Shown in pieces: positions 59,610-64,000 of a DNA stretch of 64,000 nt. The notes below the pieces were generated by a model. The model made no database searches, was not told where the DNA came from, and saw only the letters and a program-made list of their open reading frames with translations. The stretch is from an uncultured Bacillota bacterium (GTDB lineage: Bacteria; Sysuimicrobiota; Sysuimicrobiia; Sysuimicrobiales; Segetimicrobiaceae), in NCBI GenBank assembly GCA_963804645.1, contig CAWDRG010000009.1, forward strand, positions 928,001-992,000, in the 5' to 3' direction. The translations under genes and the position numbers were made by a program. How positions within the stretch are numbered: position 1 is the first letter of the stretch; each line of letters starts with the position of its first letter.

Positions 59610-60248
59610 GTGGAGCCGACGTGGCTCGTGACGTTTCTGGCCGTGAATTTCCTGCTCAACGTCACGCCGGGACCGGCCGTGCTGCAGGTCGTCGGACACA
59701 GCATGGCGAACGGCTGGCGCCCCGCGCAGGCCAGCATTCTCGGCATCCTCTCCGCCAACGCGGTGTACTGCGGGTGCTCGGCGCTCGGGGTCGGCGCCGT
59801 GATCCTCGCGGCGCCGCAGCTGTTCGAGGCGGTCAAGTACGCCGGCACCGCCTACCTCGCGTGGCTGGGGATCTCGGCCCTGCGCGGCGTGGGCACGCTC
59901 GGGGCGGCGGCGGTCAGCGTGGGCCCGCCCGCACGTCCCTCGGCGCTGTTCCGGCAGAGCTTCGTGCTGCAGAGCGCCAATCCCAAGTCCGTGCTCTTCT
60001 ACTGCGCGATGCTACCGGTGTTCGCCGGCGCCGCGGAGGGCGCGGCGGGGCGCATCGTGCTGTTGGGGATCTTCTCGTTCGTTCTCGAGTATCCGGTGTT
60101 GCTGGCCTACTCGCTGCTCGCGTCGCGGGTGCGCGTCTGGCTCTCGCGCGGCCGCGGCCGCATCCTGCTGCAGGCCGGCAGCGGCCTCGCGCTGCTCGCG
60201 GCCGCCGGCTTGGTGACCGCCACGCACTTCGACCTGCCCGGGTCGTAG
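59610..60248 (+). CDS. LysE/RhtB family translocator
   Basis: TPGPAV, VKYAGTAYLAWLG, ANPK. RBS GGAGG. Confidence 0.92.
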   Translation: MEPTWLVTFLAVNFLLNVTPGPAVLQVVGHSMANGWRPAQASILGILSANAVYCGCSALGVGAVILAAPQLFEAVKYAGTAYLAWLGISALRGVGTLGAAAVSVGPPARPSALFRQSFVLQSANPKSVLFYCAMLPVFAGAAEGAAGRIVLLGIFSFVLEYPVLLAYSLLASRVRVWLSRGRGRILLQAGSGLALLAAAGLVTATHFDLPGS

Positions 60249-60270
60249 CTCGGGTCCCTCGCCGCCCCGC

Positions 60271-61044
60271 CTACGGTTTCGCGGCGCGCACCAGCGCGAG
60301 GTATTCGTCCACCGTCTCCGTTCCGGTGATCGCGCGCAGGATGAGCTCATCGACGCTGCCGCGCCACGCGTCCAGCGCGTGCGCCACTTCCGCCGGGGAG
60401 TCGGCCGCGATCGCGGTCTCGATCGGGGCGACCTTCATGCGCGCGAACTGCGCCCCGTACGCCGGGATGCCGGCGTACCTCGCTCCCTCCGCGAGCACTT
60501 TGGCACGGGCGGCGGCCCCAAGGGACAGGCGGACATACGCGAAGATCTTCGGCGCCTGCCGCCCCGCGGCGGCGGCGCCGGCGCGCACCAGGTCGGCGGA
60601 CTCCCGCGTCTGCGCAGGGGTCAGCCAGTTGAACAGCACCGCGTCGGACACCTCGCCGGCGAGGCGGCACATCTGCGGACCGAGGGCCGCGACGATGATC
60701 CGCGCCGACAGCTGCGCCCGCAGCGAGGCGACGCCGCTGCGCACGCGGGCAAGGGCGCCGGGATTCGCGCTGCCCACCCCGAGCAGCAGGCGCGTGAGCG
60801 GCAGCCCCTGCGCCCGCACATCCCGGACGATGTCGTCGGGTCCCCGGGTCTGCAGGGGGACGACGCCGACGCCTAGATCGACGCGCCGCGTCTCCGGGAC
60901 GGCCAGCGCGAGGGCGGCGAGCCCGTCGATCGCCCCGGGATAGTTCGTCCAGAAGGACGTGTACCCGAGTGCCTCCGCCTCGCGCGCGGACGCGCGGATG
61001 ATCTCGGGCGCCGTGCCCGCGTACACCGCAAATCCTCTGCCCAT
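60271..61044 (-). CDS. LLM class flavin-dependent oxidoreductase
   Basis: AEALGYTSFW, LGVGVVP, LLLGVG, VAALGPQMCRLAGEVSD. Confidence 0.85.
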   Translation of the reverse strand: MGRGFAVYAGTAPEIIRASAREAEALGYTSFWTNYPGAIDGLAALALAVPETRRVDLGVGVVPLQTRGPDDIVRDVRAQGLPLTRLLLGVGSANPGALARVRSGVASLRAQLSARIIVAALGPQMCRLAGEVSDAVLFNWLTPAQTRESADLVRAGAAAAGRQAPKIFAYVRLSLGAAARAKVLAEGARYAGIPAYGAQFARMKVAPIETAIAADSPAEVAHALDAWRGSVDELILRAITGTETVDEYLALVRAAKP

Positions 61045-61089
61045 CGCTGATCCCTCCGAGGTGTCCGGCGGCACCCTGCGCGCCGCCCG

Positions 61090-62091
61090 CTACGAGTCGA
61101 CGCGCGTCCCGCTCTGCGCCGCCGCCGGCGCATCGGGGTTGACCACGTTGATGGGCGAACCGGCGGCGTAGGCCGTGATCTGGTCGAAGATGTCGGCAAA
61201 CTGGATCTCGTATTCGTCCCGCGAGACGTACCCGATGTGCGGCGTGCACACCACCTGCGCCATCCCGAGCAGCGAATCGCGGGGGTCGAGCAGGGGCTCC
61301 TCCTCGAACACGTCCACCGCCGCCATGCCGGGGCGTCCGGCCCGCAGGCCCTGCACCAGCGCGCCGGGCTCAATGAGCGCGGCGCGGCTCGTGTTGACGA
61401 GCAGGGCGTCCGGTTTCATCCGAGCCAGGTCGGCCGCGGTCACGATCCCGCGCGTCGCCGCCACCAGGCGCAGATGCAGCGAGACGATGTCGCACGTCTC
61501 GAACAATTCCGCCTGGCCGCCCGCGGTCGCGTAGCCGTCGGTCCGCGCCCGCGCCAGCGAGGGCTCGCGGGACCACACCAGCACGCGCATGCCGAACGCC
61601 CGGCCGTAGCCGGCCACGACCGCCCCGATCCGGCCGTAGCCGAAGATGCCCAGCGTGCGGCCGCGCAGCGTGCGGCCGACGCCGATCTGCCACGTCCCGG
61701 CCCGGAGCGACGCCATCTGCTGGGGGATCTGGCGCACGGACGCGAGGATCAGCCCCCAGGTCAGCTCCGCCGCGGCGTAGGAGGGCGTGCCCGCGTGCTG
61801 GCTCGACGACACGATCACCCCGAGCCGCGTGCAGGCATCGACGTCGATGTGCGGGTAGACGCTGCGCTGGCTGATGAGCCGCAGGTGGGGCAGGCGCTCC
61901 AACAGCGGCGCGCGGATCGCCGTCCGCTCCCGGATGAGCACGAGCGCCTCCGTGTCGCGCAGACGCGCGGCCAGGACGTCGGTGTCCTGCACGTGGTCGT
62001 GCCAGATCGTGACCTCGTGCCCGGCGAGCTTGCTGAAGCACCGAAGGGTCCGAAGCGTGTCGTGGTAGTCGTCCAGGATGGCGACCTTCAT
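61090..62091 (-). CDS. D-2-hydroxyacid dehydrogenase family protein
   Basis: [44 protein letters not shown]. Confidence 0.93.
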   Translation of the reverse strand: MKVAILDDYHDTLRTLRCFSKLAGHEVTIWHDHVQDTDVLAARLRDTEALVLIRERTAIRAPLLERLPHLRLISQRSVYPHIDVDACTRLGVIVSSSQHAGTPSYAAAELTWGLILASVRQIPQQMASLRAGTWQIGVGRTLRGRTLGIFGYGRIGAVVAGYGRAFGMRVLVWSREPSLARARTDGYATAGGQAELFETCDIVSLHLRLVAATRGIVTAADLARMKPDALLVNTSRAALIEPGALVQGLRAGRPGMAAVDVFEEEPLLDPRDSLLGMAQVVCTPHIGYVSRDEYEIQFADIFDQITAYAAGSPINVVNPDAPAAAQSGTRVDS

Positions 62092-62412
62092 GCGTCCGTC
62101 TCCCCGTGGACGCCCGTCCGCCAGGGCGGCTCGGATCGTCTGCGAGAACGTTTCGTGCCGGCATCGTTCCCCCCTCTCACGCGGCCGTGACGCCGGATCG
62201 ATCGCCCGCGATGCGTCGGCCGCGGGGGGATGCCGCCGAGCCCGCGAGAGGAGCCCGCGGCGGTGCGGACCGAATCCTTGTGCCGGAGCGGACGCACGCA
62301 CGGCCTTGGGCGCGGCGGCCGCACGAACGGGAGGTCTGCGCGTGCATCTCGACCGCGACACACGCTGGAACCGTGCGGGCGCCCCCTCCGCGCCCGGCGC
62401 GCGCGCCGACGC

Positions 62413-62955
62413 ATGACGCTCTCACTCTGGGGATTTGCCGGGTACCTGCTGCTGTACCTCGCGGTGGTGACCGGCACGGCGCTCTCGTCGCCCGGGCTGC
62501 GGCGGCGGCTGCCGATGGTCGTCCGCAGCAGCGGCACGCACACGATTCTGTCGGTCGCGGGGTTGGTGGCGACGGCGGTCCACACGCTGAAGGGCGTCGC
62601 GGCTCCGCAGGGAGCCCAGTTCGGGCTGCTCGTGTTCCTCTCACCGGGCGGGCCGCTCGATCTCGGACTGGCCCTCGGCGTGGTCTCGCTGTACCTGCTC
62701 GCGGTCGCCACCGCCGTTGTGTATCTCAAGTACGCGCTGCCGGGGCCGCTGTGGCGGGGCGTCCACGCGCTGGCGTACCCGGCGTTCGCCGCCGCGGTAT
62801 GGCACAGCGTCGCGATCGGCGCGAACGCGTGGCTGCCCGCGGTCCAGGGGATGTACGCCGTGACGGCCGGCAGCGCCGCGGCGCTCGTCCTTGCGCGTCT
62901 CGTGGAGCTCGGGGTGAGGGCCGTGCGGCCGCGCGCGGCGGTGCGGGTGCCGTGA
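62413..62955 (+). CDS. ferric reductase-like transmembrane (di-haem cytochrome b, MsrQ-like) protein
   Basis: Several TM helices with four His ([24 protein letters not shown]). Confidence 0.7.
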   Translation: MTLSLWGFAGYLLLYLAVVTGTALSSPGLRRRLPMVVRSSGTHTILSVAGLVATAVHTLKGVAAPQGAQFGLLVFLSPGGPLDLGLALGVVSLYLLAVATAVVYLKYALPGPLWRGVHALAYPAFAAAVWHSVAIGANAWLPAVQGMYAVTAGSAAALVLARLVELGVRAVRPRAAVRVP

Positions 62956-63076
62956 CCGCACAGACCGTGAGGGGAGGAGCCCTCTCGCCGCGCCTGGAAC
63001 CCCAGACGCGGCGGCTGCCACCGCGCGGCGATCACAGCATCACCACTTTAACGGCGCGGTGGAAGGGGACGTACTC

Positions 63077-64000
63077 GTGGATCAGGCGACAGTAACGGTC
63101 GACTTCGGCCGGAGCGCCGGTGCGCTCCGGCCGATTTGGCGCAGTATCGGCTACGACGAGATCAACTGGACGTATACGGCGCGGGGGCGGGCCCTCTACG
63201 ACGCGCTCGGGCGGGTGTTTCGCGGCCCGGTCGCGGTCCGGAATCACAACGCGCTGACCAGCGGCAACGGCCTCGCCGGGCCGGCCTGGGGCTCCACCAA
63301 CATTTACCACGAGCTCGCGGACGGCCGGATGGCGCTCGACTGGCGCTGGGCGGACCAGATCTATGACGTGTACGCCGAGCACGACTGCGAGCCGATCATC
63401 GAGCTCGGCTTCATGCCGCGGGATCTGTCCGCGCAGCAGTCGGCGACCGCGTCGTTCGGATCCGGCCAGGACCTCGGACGCGAGCCGTACGAGAGCGGCG
63501 CGTGGAAGTATCCGCCCAAGGACCTGCGCCGGTGGCGCGAACTCTGCGGGGCGTTTGTCGCGCATCTCGTCGGCCGCTACGGTCCCGAGCGCATCCGGCG
63601 GTGGCGGTTCGAAGTCTGGAACGAGCCGGACATCCAGAACTACTGGAAGGGATCGCTCGACGAGTACTGCGCGATGTACGAATCGGCGCGCGCCGGGGTC
63701 AAGGACGCGCTTGCGGACGCACAGGTCGGCGGTCCTGCGACCACGTCGCGGGGCACGGAGTTCCTCCGCAAGGTGCTGGCGCGGATGGACCGCCCGGAGT
63801 TCGCCTCGTTTCACACGAAGGGCGCCCACTACACGCCGCGGCGGCACTACAATCCGTTCCTGCCGGCGCCGCGTGAGACGCCGTCGCTCGGCCAGATGCT
63901 CGGCGACATCCGGCGGGACGTCGCGGTGGTCCGGGAACGGTTCCCGGACGTGCCGATCCTCGTGGACGAGTGCGACCCCGCGGTGGGGACGATCTACGGC
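63077..64000 (+). CDS. GH39 family glycoside hydrolase (beta-xylosidase-like); partial, runs off the window
   Basis: Own translation from GTG 63077: LRPIWRSIGYDE, RNHN, IELGFMP, YPPKD, WRFEVWNEPD (acid/base), VGGP, SFHTKG, DECDP. Confidence 0.88.
   Translation, partial: MDQATVTVDFGRSAGALRPIWRSIGYDEINWTYTARGRALYDALGRVFRGPVAVRNHNALTSGNGLAGPAWGSTNIYHELADGRMALDWRWADQIYDVYAEHDCEPIIELGFMPRDLSAQQSATASFGSGQDLGREPYESGAWKYPPKDLRRWRELCGAFVAHLVGRYGPERIRRWRFEVWNEPDIQNYWKGSLDEYCAMYESARAGVKDALADAQVGGPATTSRGTEFLRKVLARMDRPEFASFHTKGAHYTPRRHYNPFLPAPRETPSLGQMLGDIRRDVAVVRERFPDVPILVDECDPAVGTIYG

Noticed and set aside
1..64000. CRISPR arrays, tRNA/rRNA, IS/integrase, prophage or defence systems
   Set aside because: No regularly spaced repeat-spacer pattern, cloverleaf, rRNA-like tract or mobile-element motif seen by eye.

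Overview
High-GC bacterial chromosomal segment (roughly 70% GC by eye). The many Tat-exported family-5 solute-binding proteins and strong GGAGG ribosome-binding sites suggest an Armatimonadota-related/CSP1-3-type soil heterotroph; this is inference only. I saw no rRNA, tRNA, CRISPR array, integrase or transposase. The window is almost entirely catabolic and transport genes. It starts with an esterase, adenine deaminase, a lower-GC patch (wHTH, Zn-finger, cold-shock protein), paaABCD without paaE, and a methylmalonyl-CoA epimerase-like gene. Next come a comDE-like TPP decarboxylase/cyclase/Gfo/DUF885/peptide-ABC/SDR operon and a GntR-centred divergon (S9, atypical M24, peptide ABC, DUF885). The middle holds an exported group I truncated haemoglobin, GMC plus GH63, tandem D-aminopeptidases with M20 and an SBP, an Asn-tailed membrane protein, VKOR/DUF929, D-glutamate cyclase and a c-di-AMP receptor. 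The last third is a sugar-acid block (three enolase-superfamily dehydratases, two ABC systems, an M29/NicX-like protein and a SelA-like PLP enzyme), then an S1 protease, LysE, LLM, 2-hydroxyacid dehydrogenase, a cytochrome b-like protein and a partial GH39. The most intriguing signal is an in-frame UGA at codon 10 of the SelA-like gene, followed 11 nt later by a SECIS-like hairpin. About ten single-base frameshifts, mostly in short homopolymers, cluster at 21.9-27.2, 41.6 and 50.5-54.7 kb. They probably reflect long-read consensus errors, which also weakens the UGA observation.
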